A DNA stretch of 63,950 nucleotides, filler included, from Platydemus manokwari (lineage: Eukaryota): the NCBI GenBank assembly GCA_037951405.1. It is 6 parts of 6 records of this genome, joined end to end, with 100 filler letters (N's around TTAATTAATTAA, not from the genome) between each part and the next. Parts side by side here need not be neighbours in the genome. Positions count along the whole stretch, not along the records: positions 30,558 to 40,911 come from JBBMOY011141438.1; positions 41,012 to 54,822 come from JBBMOY011614740.1; 4 more parts are not named here. One strand, 5' to 3'. The position numbers were made by a program, and so were the translations under genes. The notes beneath the pieces were generated by a model. That model made no database searches and was not told the origin of the DNA. It was given only the letters and a program-made list of their open reading frames with translations. Shown piece after piece: positions 33,501 through 47,800 of the stretch. Within the stretch, counting starts at the first letter, position 1. Each line of letters begins with the position of its first letter.

Positions 33501-35662
33501 ATCTATAATAAGCAACTGTGATAGCCGACATTGACAAAATAGAACGCATTTGATAATTTTAATCATAAGAATAACAATTTTAACAGTTTCAATTTTAATT
33601 TAGTTTTGAAGATATTCAGTTCTCAATCAGATAATTTGATGAATTTTTGTATTTCTCTGTGATATATTTTGATTTATCAAACAAATATATTCAATGTTTA
33701 TTTACAAATATAATGAAACTCTTACTATACTGGCAACATTTCCTATGGTGGTTGCCGGCGTTTGTACTTATTATTATCGTTTGAGCTTCTAATGTTAAAC
33801 CACAATGAATATTTCTATCAATTAATTATCCATCTTACAGTATTACTCAGATAAATAGAAGGGTCTAGTGAGGGGGAAGTGAGAAACTCTATTCTGCGAT
33901 ACCATAGACATTATATGAATCCAAATGCTTAGTTGACATGTGAACCGATGCTAATCTGTGATGAACTCATTGGAAAATAAATGAAAACTCATGACAAAAA
34001 ATTATATATTTAACTGAAATAATTAAAATAAATTTATATCTTCGATATTAATTACCAGATTCTTATAAATTTACTTAGCTACATCGAATATTTTGAAATG
34101 TCCTGCTTATTATTTAGAAAAAAATAAAAAAATTAAAATTATTAAACCAAAATAAATTCAAAAACTTTACCTAGTTATTTATAAAGCGAGAAAGTAGATT
34201 GATCGCTGAATAACACAGATTGCTCATTTCATGTACGAGATATCAGTAATACATTTGTGTATGTGTCATATCATCTAAAAGTATTAATACAAATATCAAA
34301 ATGTTTGACTTGCCTTATGTTAAAAATTATTTTGACTTTCAAAATACGCTGAATTATGTTTCCTAATATCTTTAATGAGATGCATAATAATTTCTTTCAA
34401 ACTTGACAGAATTGTAAGTTTATATCGTAGATGTTTCACGATAAATTCAAATAAAAAGAATAAAAAATCAATGGGAATATAAAAATATCCATGTTCAATC
34501 TTTCAGCGAAAAACATTTCCAAAACCAGAAAATAATTTATTCTTCAAAAATAAAGAATAAAGATATTTATTAATCCTTGGCATACCAAGATTATGAATTT
34601 ATTTAGAAAAATTCAAATTTAGAATATTTGACATTACATTGAATATAATGTGAGAATTCTTTTGATAAATTGAACAGTTCTTTTAAATTGCGTTTTTAAG
34701 ATCTGAACTTTGTAAATAATGAAAAATAAAATATAAGGAAAATGCTGCAGTGATTTAAATATAAAATGGTTAAGATTTAGTAGCCTATATTGTTAACAAT
34801 AAAATGATTAAGGAATAGGGATCATGTCGTGATCATGAAATAATTGAATACGTTAATATTCTAAGATAATTATCAGTAATCTTTTCGGTAAAGCCAACTA
34901 ATGTTCCTCTATATTGGATAAGTTCCAATAATCAAACCGCTTATAAGTCTTTCAAATTAAAGCAATAAAATGAATCTACAAATGTTGCTGTAAAAATTGG
35001 ATATATTCGACTATTATTTATGGACATTATTTTCCTATACTCGAATATTCTAAAGAAAGCGAAAACGAAAATATATTCAAAAAGTGTGAATAGGATTAAA
35101 TTTAATTAAAGCTAATCAGCACAAGTACTTCTGTTATATTTATATTCTAAATTTCTGCCCATGTTATTACTGATTATAGATTTATAATGCATCGGTACAT
35201 AACCAGTACTTGTGTTGTACAACAAATAATGAAAAACTAAACAATATTTATTCAAACATGCAATCAGGAATTATCAAATTCATCAAAATAAATTTCACAA
35301 AACAAAATCAATAACACACTTTACAATAAATGCTTTATTATACATATTTGTCAGTGATTATTTATAAATATATTATGGAATAAAAAGTATAATCTAAATA
35401 TAATTCATGATCTATAAAATCAATAAAAATTGATCCGAATTATTTGTTATGAAATTACTATGACAACACAATTAATTAGAAATGATAAAATTAGTTAAAA
35501 CGGTTAAAATTTAAATAAATTGAATATTTGAAAAAAATAATCAAATCGATAAATTAATTTTCAAAAATTTTCAAATTTGAAATATTTTTCTAATTTATGA
35601 AAAAGATTTTTGATAATTTTTTATATGAATCGAATATCTGATAGAAAAAAAATAAAGTATAC

Positions 35663-35911
35663 CATTCTTTCGATTATTGGTTTTTTCATTGCAGAAATTG
35701 TACGTGCAGCATAACATTAAATCAATTTTCTTGTCACTTTGCACTGTACATTTCGACGAGCAGTATTTGTTTATGAAATTAACCCGTGTTTCATTGATCC
35801 ATTTAATTGTTGTAACGCAAAATGAACAATTTCTTCTATATGAAATCAAAGCATCATTACCTTCGCAGTTACCACACACAAGGCAACTGATTTTTCTTGA
35901 TGAAGCAATAG
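35663..35911 (-). CDS. Ly6/uPAR (three-finger) domain exon
   Basis: AG...GT-bounded 249-nt exon: ISCLVCGNC...NCSFC...YCSSKC...CCTYNFCN (10 Cys). Confidence 0.85.
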
Positions 35912-36002
35912 CTATTTAAATGAATTAATGTTTATACAAATCTATAAAATACTTTATATGATTTTAAAAATAATAATTTAAGCTTTAAAGATAAAATCTT
36001 TA

Positions 36003-36033
<31 letters not shown>

Positions 36034-36871
36034 TTATGGGACAGATCAACATAAATAATCAAGTAATAATTAACAATTAACGAAAATAAATTCAGTTGAA
36101 TTTGCTATTTGCAGGATAAAAACAAATCAGAAAAAGTGAAAGATAATATTAATTTTTAAAATAAAACTATCATTACCAAAACTAAAAAATTGAATTGAAA
36201 TGAAGTAATATTTACAGTAAACTACAGAAAATAATTATTAAAGTAAATATTGTTTGTTTATTCAATATAAATATATATATTTGGTTAATAATTTACAAAA
36301 TAAGTAAATACCAGATAATTTTTATCTAAGATTTTTAAATGCCAAGCCACTGTATGACTATTTTTTGCACCGTGGTTCCAGTTAGGTGTTATTGAAAAGC
36401 ATTATCATCAATTTAAAACGGTTTCTAAGAAACTAATCGAATTTCAGTAAATTATTGTCACGAAAGTTATTGCAAGTCATTTTAGTTATTTATTACCTAT
36501 TACAGGGTATTTGAGATAAACATTTCGATTACTGATATTTTGGATAATAACAGAAAGCGAATGTAAAAGTATTTGTGTAACTGTAACTTTCATTATTGTT
36601 GTTATACTGCTTACGAACGCATTATTAAGGTCAAGTGTACATTCCTTACCACTGGTTACGATTTGATGTAAAAACTCGATTTCATCAATAAAACCTTTTA
36701 AAAGTAATGTGCTTTTGTTATTTATCATCATTGTATATTGGGAAAGTTTGTACAATGTAATATTTAAAAAATCAAAATTAATTATTCTCAGAAAAATTAA
36801 AAAAAACAATTTTCATGTTTAATTTTGATTAGATTCGAATCCGTGAATTATATTTGATTATAAATTATAAC

Positions 36872-37060
36872 CTTAAAAACTCCCAGAATTGGTTCGTTGC
36901 AGAAATCAGTGTCACAGCAAAATATTCTTTCATCTTTTAAAATCGGACATTTCAGTGAGCAAGATCGTAAAATAAAATTGTTATCGAAATTATAGAAATA
37001 AGATCTCATTTTCGAAATACACACTGAGCAATTGGAATTGATTTGTATAAATGGTATAAA
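36872..37060 (-). pseudogene. 5'-truncated Ly6/uPAR exon
   Basis: NCSVC...RSCSLKC...CCDTDFCN; close paralog of 37934-38176, but the first three Cys and the acceptor are replaced by AT-rich sequence. Confidence 0.7.
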
Positions 37061-37300
37061 TTTGAAAATCAATTAATATCAAATAATCATTTTAATTAGA
37101 AAATAGATTTAAAATATCAAATTACAAAAATTCAATTCACTTTGTAAAAAGATTTTGAATATAGATAATATTTAGGTTTGGAGTCACTAGATTGATTATA
37201 AATAATTCTATTTTCATATAACGATATAGTCTACCATTGAGAAATCATGATAAATTTTTTGATAATATTCACTGTTAAAATTTATTAATTTAATTCAAAC

Positions 37301-37546
37301 CTGTAACTGTTCGCTGAAAATAAGTATTGCAAAATAAAAATTTGCAGCATGATATCACAGATGTAGTATTTGTAACCGAAAATTCGCACTTTGAAGAACA
37401 AGATTTTTGTAGTTTTATTTTGTTGTTATCATCATAAGATTTCTTGAAGTGAGTTAAACAATATTTGCAATTATAAGTATAATTTCGCACTTCACTTCCA
37501 AAATTGCAGTCTTGACATACCCAGCATATGATCCGATTAACAAGCA
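37301..37546 (-). CDS. Ly6/uPAR (three-finger) domain exon
   Basis: 246-nt AG...GT exon: IICWVCQDC...NCKYC...SCSSKC...CCKFLFCN (10 Cys). Confidence 0.85.
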
Positions 37547-37933
37547 CTGTATTAAAAATAAAAATATAAATCACATAATACATTAGAAGATTGCTTTTAA
37601 TAAATTAAGCAAATTGCATATGGTTATTGTTACGAAACAGTTTGCAAGTTATTCTTTCTTGTTTGCTAATACCGATTATTAGTGTTGCAATACTACACAC
37701 GCACGCATTAGTAATGTCTAAAGAACATCTGTGACCCGTAATTCTAATTTTATGCACAGTTTCTCACCACTTTAATATACATAAATAAAAGCCTATAATA
37801 TTAATATATGTCCACTAAACAAAATATTAAATAAACAACGGATTTCATTTTTATCAATTAAATTAAATTTTTTTTAAAGAATAATTGTTATTCTATTTGA
37901 AATTTTGAATGATATTTGATTATAAATTATAAC

Positions 37934-38176
37934 CTGGAAAGGTTCCAGGAATTTGTTCGTTGCAGAAATCAGTGGTACAGCAAAATACATTTTTACTCTG
38001 TAATACGGAGCATTTCACTAAACACGATCATGAGTTAATATAGACATCGAAATTATCGAAATTGAGTTTCACTATTGAAAAACACACTGAGCCATTAGAA
38101 TTGATTTGTATATATGGCATCTTTTTGCTACAGTTTTGACAAAGTCTGCAATTGATTTTTTTGTGTATTGGCCAAT
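37934..38176 (-). pseudogene. Ly6/uPAR exon with in-frame stop
   Basis: 243-nt exon INCRLCQNC...GSVC...*SCLVKC...CCTTDFCN; TGA at 38028-38030 where the paralog has CGA, and one Cys changed to Gly. Confidence 0.8.
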
Positions 38177-40911
38177 CTAAAAAAATGTTAATTTACACAT
38201 GTATTCAAAATGCATTTCAAAAAATTGAAATTTAGAAATTCTCTAATAACCAATAATATTCATAAAATGTATTTTAAAATGCGTGGTACCATTGTAAGTT
38301 TGAATTATTTACCCTCACTTTGTGTGGATTGAATGAAGAAATTGAATCACTTTAATCATTTTTCTAAAATCATGTAACTGTAATGAAACTGTAACAGTAT
38401 TTCCAGATGATATAAAATATTGAAATTACTTTGATAATTGCCTATTGTTGTAAGTGCATAATTAATTAAATTTCTTATTTAAGTTGTCTTGATTTTTTAC
38501 TAATTATTATTATTTTATTATTTATTATTGATAATAATTATGTAAGCGAGCAAAATATAACGTACAAAAATTTAATAATTTTTATTGCAATCAATTAGAC
38601 TTGGTGACTATTTTGGTTCATCTATCTAGCTGATGCAAAGTAAACTCAAATAATGAAGGTTCAATTTCAATGTGCCAATTATTTTTTTCGAAATTAACGA
38701 CATTAACTATAATGATCCTTTAACTTTTGAAATTATTTCCATTACGCAGGTTATTTTATAATTTATCACTGAGTTAATGAACTTTGTGATGAATTTATGA
38801 ATATTTTTATTACTACTAGAAAAAGATATTTTAGAGAAACTAATGGCATTGCAATTTTTGAATGATAATAAAAATAGTGGACAAAATTGGTAATTTGATG
38901 ACTTTCTTAATAATTTTTTCAAACCACACAAATAATTTCTTGGAGAGAATCAAAAATAATAAAAAATAAATAGAAAGGCAAATTTAGACAAATAAATTTT
39001 CGAAGTAACACAATTGTTCATAAGTGCTCCAATATAATTAATAAAGCTCATACATAAATTCTTTATTTCATTTTCTTTTTAGCACAAATCAGTCTAACAA
39101 CGAAATACCCGGCAAACATAGCATTGGATAGAATAGACCAATGAACACCTTATTACATATTATTGAAAAGTTTAAAATTATATTAAAACGATTTAACCAT
39201 ACTTATAAAACAATAATGCTTCAAAAAAAATAATTTTTCTTATAATCTATTTATATCTGCTTAATATGAGAAAAAATGAAATGAAAATATGTTTTAGATA
39301 AAAGCATGATTAGATGCAAAAGAATATTGTATCGAATTTCATGTGGTAGATTATATTAAATATGATCCCTTCCTATGATAATTTATACGTATAACAAACA
39401 TCATAATCATTTAATTGCACACATCATGTTTCCAACACAATTCCGTTGATTAAATTAAACTTCAATTTACACAAAATAAAGAAAAATAAACATATTTTAC
39501 TTATTTTTACGAATCGATTTAGAATTGTTTTCAACTAATTCTCTCAGACACATTATACGTGTTTACATGCATATTTATGTAATATTAATGGTGATAATAG
39601 TTTTGTATTTCAAATACGATAGTTAGCTAATTTGTGCTAAGATAGAGAATGAAGAGGAAAGAAGCAATGATTACGACTAAGAGTTTTCAGCTTTACCCGA
39701 TGTCAAGTGATTGAATTATTCAAAATATGAGCTGAAATAATATTTAATTACATGACACTATTTTTTAGAAGCAAAAAATATTTTATATTTCTAAATTCAG
39801 CTTAAGGTTCAGAACTTGTTACTTCTTTCATATATACAGATTTATCAAAGCGTTGTTTTAGTTCCTATATTACCAACAACCTAGATACTAGAAAATGTAA
39901 GAGTAGATTTTACTTACTGTTTAAACTATTTGAATTACTATACCATTGGATTGCAGATGTTGAAAGTATTTTATTTATAGATTTATAGATCTAAACTTAA
40001 ACCATTGTTTTTGTTGCTGTGATACATGATACAAGCAAGCTATGTTTAAAATTACAATTAAACATTTTCTGCTTATTTTTTGAAACAATATATCCGTTTC
40101 ATTGAGATATATTTTCCAATGTCTTTTATCATTAAATGCTAATATTGACTTTTTACTAAATAAAAAGATAGCTACATCGATAACAACGATGTTGAATAGA
40201 AGAACAATAGTTTAGGTAGTTAACATTTTTCTGATTGAATGACTGGTTGGAAAATTTTTTATTTTTATACTATCTACAATATTTTTAAAAATATTTTAGT
40301 CAATTTAATTTCAACTGCAAAAATATAAGTTAAAAATAGAGTTATAGTTTTCAAATGAAAAATTAGTGGATTTATGCATGAAGAAAACTGAAATCATGTC
40401 AAACAAATTGTACATTCAGAGTTGCAGCGTGTAGTTGGATCAGTGAAACATGACGTTATTTCATCACCTAGCTTTGCTCATCCAATTACACACTTCAAAT
40501 AAGGATTGATGCTGTTGACATTAATCAGTGTCCCTAAAATCACAACTTTTAACATCATGTGGCTTTTTAGTATATTGATTGATAATATTTGTACCCACTG
40601 TTATTGTCCTTGGGAAACCCAAAAATAAATATAAAGAATGCATAAGAGATTATTAAATAATAAAATTTTCATCACACAAATGCGTAGACCCCTTCATTGG
40701 TAACACACTAGCGGTGAATGAAATCGACAAAATAATTGAAAACTTTCGGGTTCTTTATGAAGTACTTTATAGTATGTCTTTCTTTACTAAAAATCATTTA
40801 TACAAAAAGTCAGTTAAATGAATTGCTATGTATTACATAAAGAATAATAAGCTTACATTAAAATAACATTGTTTATTCAAAATTATATTAAACAACATTT
40901 AGAATCATCCT

Positions 40912-41011
40912 NNNNNNNNNNNNNNNNNNNNNNNNNNNNNNNNNNNNNNNNNNNNTTAATTAATTAANNNNNNNNNNNNNNNNNNNNNNNNNNNNNNNNN
41001 NNNNNNNNNNN
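40912..41011. other. Artificial contig linker
   Basis: N44-TTAATTAATTAA-N44. Confidence 0.99.
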
Positions 41012-42349
41012 AAATTTTGTTTTGTTTGTGTTTTGTTTTTTTTTGTTTAGCGAAAAAACCGGAAAGGAATTACCGACACACCTGGTATTATGAGATCAAT
41101 TAAATGATTAATATAATCGATTAATTGATCTATAAAATAATGAATTAATTTGAGATTGATATTGGCATTTATGTGAGGGGAAAAAGAATCTCCCATTTTA
41201 TAATTCGATATGACCTAGCTAAAGCTTGGATTTTGAAAACCGTATTTGAGTCATTTGCAATAGCTTTTGATAAATATTAATACGAATTGTATTAATCAAT
41301 AATCTATACCTCAATATCAAATAACACTCTCTTAGACTTAGAAAAATCATGAATTTCTAGGAAATACAGATTGGTGTTTACTGTGAACGGGAATCAATAC
41401 GAATTGACCAAATTGATAGCATTTTGTAGATATCTGATTTCAAGGTAGAGTTCACAAAGAGTTATTGAAATCTAAGTTTAGTTCGACCGAAATATTATTC
41501 AGGAACTGACAGCAGTACCAATCAGGTTATTATGAAATTATTAAATATACCCTGCTAATATTTTATAAAGCACTTATTGATCATTTTTAAAGTTTTATAG
41601 AAATTCCGCTTATCTTTTAAATTTTAATCCCTTGTGAAATCCTAACATGAAATATTCTAAATTTTTATTTGGAAGATTAATAAATGATAGTTATGAGAGT
41701 TATTGCTGATTGGATTTCATCAAATAGTTCAACAAAATATAGATTTACCATCTGTTATATGCTTCAGAATTGAATGAAATCTTATATCGGTTATCTAGGA
41801 TTCAAACTCACCACTTATTGACTGATTTTAATTGTTGGGGTCTTGACCTGTGCAACATTGTTTACATTTTTATAACAATGCATGAAATACGTTTAAAATG
41901 TGTATCGATTTTTAAGGTATTCATTTTCATTTAATCAACATGTATTTTTTATATTTTAACAACTCTCGGCATATTTGAGTGGAAACCAGCTAGAAATATT
42001 GATATTTATAATTATTATGATTTATGTGTATGTAAAAAAATAATATTAGTTAAACCCCATCTTGGGCAAATCCATTGAAATTCCCTGAATAATAAATTAA
42101 TTTATAAAATATCAACTCGCAATAAGATATCGCGCAATTATATCGACAAATAAATTGTCATCTATTATCGCGCACATAGATTCTGTTTCAGAACTACACA
42201 ATCACTCGATTAAATTTAATCGAGAGAGATTTTCTCTGAGTAATAAATTTATTTAGAGAGAATTTCTCTCACCAATCAATAAATTCCAGCGAAAATAATA
42301 AATTCACTGGCATTAGATTTAATTGCAGAGAATATCTGCGAGGGATTCA

Positions 42350-43092
42350 TTGCTGCATATATTAGGCGGCGGTCACAATTAACATTGTCCACCATTAATG
42401 AAGTCACAGCTACACGTCATAAACAGAAGAAGTTACGTAATTTTGAAATTCAATCAACGCACAGTAGAATATCGTCTGGTGCAGAAGAACAATATTCCCG
42501 ATATGCCCAGTATTTTACTGGAAGATCGGTTCTTGTAAAATAGTGATTTATATGATATATTGTATCGTTTATCTCCTATTATCAAGTTTCTTGCTCAAAT
42601 ATCTTGAAAAGGTAACTGGTTTTACTCCTAGAGTTGGATGAATTAACTGTTTCTATTCCTGAGTTGTTAAGGTCCGTTATAAGTTGATGTATAATATAGT
42701 TTTAAAATCCTTTTGTAATTTTTACTTTATTATTGTTAATCAATTTTGTATTGATCTCAATTGTTAATAAATATTTGTAGTAGCAAGTTTTAGTTCTTAG
42801 TCATACAGGGATCATAAAACCATTGTTCATTATCATTGGTATTAGCATAGTTAATAGTTTAAATAGGTTTATATAATTTGAGACTGATAGTTTAGTTAAT
42901 TAAAATATAGCACTATTGCCATACCTATTGTCTTCACACAATAAGGTTGTATGTTGTGAAGTAACATAAAAATAAGGTAGATTACACCTGCGACCTTAAT
43001 CAAGAGCTCATGGAGACTGATTAAGACAATAATGATATCAAATGAGATTTAGAATAATAAAACAATAAAAACTATAAGGCCCGAATATAACA
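42350..43092 (+). repeat. LTR-like repeat family B, copy 2
   Basis: See copy 1; ends ...TAACA. Confidence 0.6.
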
Positions 43093-44505
43093 CCATATTC
43101 TTTGCATTGCGTTGTTCTTGTGAAAATATAAATCCCAATTTTTTCATTTTATTCAATAAAATATCCTTTGGAATCAATTCCCAATACAAAAAATAACAAT
43201 TATTGTTGTATTTGAAAAAGCGATATCACCAACACAGCTGTTATTCGATTACAGTGTCGATTTAATCGAGTCTTTCAATTTCTCCACTGTTCCCGTTAGT
43301 GTAAAAAATTGATTTTTTGAAATGTTAATAAAAATAAACATGATAAATTTTTTTCATTACAAATACTGTGACAAAAAAAACAAAGAAAAATTGTGAAAAA
43401 AATTCTCTGATATTCATGAAAGGATGTGATGAAATAAACAGACAGTCACGAAACAGTTGGCATATTTGATCGAGCAAATGAAAATTATCTACTTTGATTG
43501 CGAAAATGAAAAATATATGATAGAAATTTTCAACATGGAAAAATTATTCATTCAGGTTTCATTGAGGTTGTAGGATATATATTTATATATAGAGCATTCT
43601 TGTTTTAATTGGTGATTATGTTATCCGTAAAAAGTGAATATTTGCTCATTTTTTTGTATTTTTAACTTAATAAATCAATAAACGGGAACTCAACTGTTTC
43701 ACTATACAAAAATAGATAAAATGAAATGTTCTTTGTGAATTCTAACAGTTAAATTTCTGCTTTTCTAAGAATAAAAACAAAGGAATAAAATGACAAAATA
43801 AATGAATAAATAAAATCCCGAAACAGAATATGTTCGGTTTACCTGATGTGAACTTCAGCCGCGCAATTATTTATCCGACTCCAATAAGTAACAGGATTTG
43901 GTACAGAGGTGAGTATGAACCAAGCTATCAGATGATATATAATTTATCGAAATATTCCACTGAGTGTGAGTCATGATAGCATAAATCATGAAGCACTTAA
44001 TTAAGGTTTTATTGATTAATTTTTATCATTGAAACCCTTATGGAGTCTGTGTCGAGGTTGATCAGATTTTTCACGCATTTTGCACTCGTACTAAAATCAT
44101 AACTTCTAAATATATTTTATTATATTAAATATTTTTTTATTTATTTATTTCAGTTCTCAATTCTATTTAAGGTATTTAATCAATTGACGATAAAGTCAGA
44201 TCGCAAAACAAAGATTATTATTCTTGTAATAAATTCCTAAATTAAACTGTTGTGAAATTTTTAAACTTAAACTCAAAACAGATTGTATCACACTATAATA
44301 ATCGATACAAGCGAGTTCCAAAATAATATAGTCAGTCTTATAAATATATAAGCTGATTTATTTTTATATGTTTTCATGAATATTTACTGATAAGAAATAA
44401 TAATAATTTTAATAAGAATAATAATAATAATTTTGCAGTAATTATTAAATAAAATATAAAATTCCCTATGACCCACTAAGCTCTATGAACTAGTAGTGTC
44501 TTTCA

Positions 44506-44888
44506 TGTCGATCACTAATCTATTTTCGATCTTAACAAGAAAAGACGATGATATTGAAACTATATAGTATACATATAATGAATATATGAAGAAACTGTAG
44601 AGAAAATATAAAGGATATAAACAAGATAGAAGAATTAGAAACTTTTATCTAGATAACTATGTGGAGTATTCGATACATAGATGATTAAGAACACAAATAA
44701 AATTAAAGATTTTAAAGAAAGGAAGGCTGTGAGAATAATTAAATGAATTACATTTTAAAGATTTAATCCAGGTTTTATAAAATTATATTAATTTGTTTAT
44801 ATAATGGTATTTAAATATATAATTTGCTGACGTGAATTTTCAGTTCGTCTTCAATGCCTGCTTTATAAAATAAAAGTAACGGCTTACA
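44506..44888 (-). repeat. LTR-like repeat family A, full copy (solo LTR-like)
   Basis: Minus strand TGTAAGCCGTTAC...GATCGACA, colinear with 16929-17323; TG...CA termini; no clear target-site duplication. Confidence 0.7.
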
Positions 44889-47800
44889 AACATTATGTCA
44901 CTATCTCATACGTTTTACTTCTCTACTAGCAAGTAGGAATAAAATATCGTATAATATGATTGAATGTTTCTTGAAGTGGTTAATAATTACGTTTAATCAT
45001 TCTCTATATACTGCTATTTCTAAGCTTTCTCTATTGGGCGTGCTTGACACAAAATTTATCAATAACTTAAGATTTCTACCACTACCCCTAAGTTACTGTC
45101 ATCGATAATAATTGTAAGCAATCAGTATCTGTTTTATTGTTAGAACTGTTGATTACCATGCTCGTCATTAAAATGATTTAATCTGGCTGCAATTTCTAAC
45201 TGCCGGTTTTCACGAATGAAAACTCGAGATTCCAACAATATTTACGGTTCTGAATAAAATTATATGCACAAGATTTCAGCTCTTTAATTCAATAGATTTA
45301 TCTCCTGATAATATTGCAAATTTACAGTACCAGATTCGGTAAGCACTCTGATTCTATGTATACCGTTATCTATATTAAAAGATGTCGTGAATCAGTACGA
45401 AGTAAATATTTAATAACATAATATATTATTGCGTCCCATTTTCTTCTTGATATATACTACTTTCTTTAATACACACTCATTGTGTGCTTATCAGTTGTCT
45501 GTCAGAATTTCTAAATCTGAGATTTTTATTGATCTGGAACAGGCATTTTAAATTTATTTTAGATCCGAAAATATTCATTTCATTCAACGAAATTTCAGTT
45601 TAAAGTATCATTATTAATTAATCCAATATTAATTATTTTTGTTTTAATCATCAATTATTTCCATTTATTTTTTTACAGACTCATCCAAATATTAAATTCA
45701 TATACATATTAAATCTAATATTTATTAAAATCATTTATTTATGATTGGAAATTTATTTATCTAATGATTGCCATTGTTTCAAACGCATCTTGATGCTTTT
45801 CTTCATCAATCATTGATTTTCAAAGAAATACGTTTTATAAATGAAATCATTAAAACGCGTATTTTGTTAATAAACTATTAATTTTAAATTGTTCTACATT
45901 TTTGTTTAAATTTAAATCGACTATCACGTGAAAATCAATAAATTATTATAATATAATTCTTATAAAAGTTTATTTCTATTATTTTATCCAATAATAATAA
46001 TTTTTTAAATAAACTGCTCTGGCTCAGGAATCTTTGAAATTGACAAATAACACGTGTTAATTTCGAATCCAAAATCAATAAAGAAAAACAATTGGAATAA
46101 AATTATCGAAACGCAGTCATTGATTGAAAGCATTAATTAACAAGCTTTTTTTAATACGCTGAAATGCATTGGAAAATTTACTCAAAACAACAATTTCCTT
46201 TGTCATCATTGGTGAACATATTGAGTGGCGGTATGATGAAATTCTACATTCTAATATTAATTTAAACACCACAATGAATGATGAAACAAACAATAAGCAA
46301 ATATAAAACATGATTGATGACGGATTAATACAGTTCAAAGACCTTGTTTTCATTTGATCAGCAAGAGCTTGATTTATTAATGAATCGTAAAGACGCCTGC
46401 TAATGAGTTCACATACGAAATTGTCATTAAACATCGCAAAAATATTCAGTAATTTATAATATCCGGACTGGGATTCTGAAAATGAAAATAATAAATTTCA
46501 TTATTTGCCTTTTTCAGCCATTGGAATATTATTTTGAAACGAGAACAGACCAGTTGAATAACATTTCTAATAAAATGCATCGAAATTGGGTATATATATA
46601 TGGAGAAAAATTCACATTATGTTGCCAGAAATGATTAACAGCGTACAGGTATTTGAAAACGGATGAAAGATTATGGAAATGATTATAAATAATTATATTA
46701 TAAATAGTTATATTATAAATAATTAAACCCTCCACGTTCGAAATTGAAAATTATTTATATTGTCATAAAATACATTTTTGGAGAATTGCTTGAATTGGAA
46801 AATTTGGCTAAAGTTAGCATAAGGTGTCATAAGATAAAATTTTAAATGTGTTGGATGTATTGCAAAAATCTAATTAATTATACTCTATAAAAATATTATG
46901 AATTTTTTTATTGAAGTACTTAAAAAGGATTTTATATATTTGAAATTAAATATCTTATACACTGCAGCTTCAAAGTTTCCTAAAATTTTATTATTTGAAA
47001 AATGGATCAAAGTAGGTCGAATTGCAATTTATTGAGAATTAGTGAGGACCCTTTTTAAACATTAGAAGTAAATTCATGGATACTATCAATTTTTACAATT
47101 ATTTTATAAAAATAGGTAATGATATTATTAAACATGTCTGTAGTTAACTAACTCGATTTATAATTTTTAAAAAAATTAATTTAAAAACTCAAATAATCAA
47201 CAGAAATGTTATGATTAGAATAGGAAGTTGTTTTTATCCTTATTAGAAATCCTAAAAATTGAGATATTAATTGAAATATCCCTAACCCTAACTATAAATC
47301 AAACATCGCAATAATATATAAAATTAAGTTATAAAAATTTCTTATTATTAAAAATGTAGGTCAAAGAACCTCTTTGCTTAACTTAGGCCAAAAATTGTCA
47401 ACAAGAATTTAAAGATTTCGCCAACAAATGAATTTAAAAAAAATATTTAAACAAGTAATAACAGTTGGTTTCATCATCAAAATTTTGATCAAAAATAGTA
47501 ATTAGTAAGAACATTTTTAGTTTAAATTTGTTGATTAAATTTTTTTTCTTATCATGTGATAATCATCGTGCAATTTTTTCGAGTTGAATAAATTATTTTA
47601 AAAGTATTTTAAATACGTTTTGTTAAGGGTTACAAATGTCTACTGTTTTTTTGCATAGTTTGTACCATTGATTAATATTTTCATCAAACTTGATGATGAT
47701 TTATTTTCCCGTTTGAAATTTACTATTATTCGTTTCTACAAATGCATTTAATTTATTTAATTTAATCCTTTGACAAACACTTGCGTCTATAACCGTCAAT

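Noticed and set aside
46117-46735. Two minus-strand ORFs that could be exons of a membrane protein
   Set aside because: No recognisable motif and no consistent splice model could be built.
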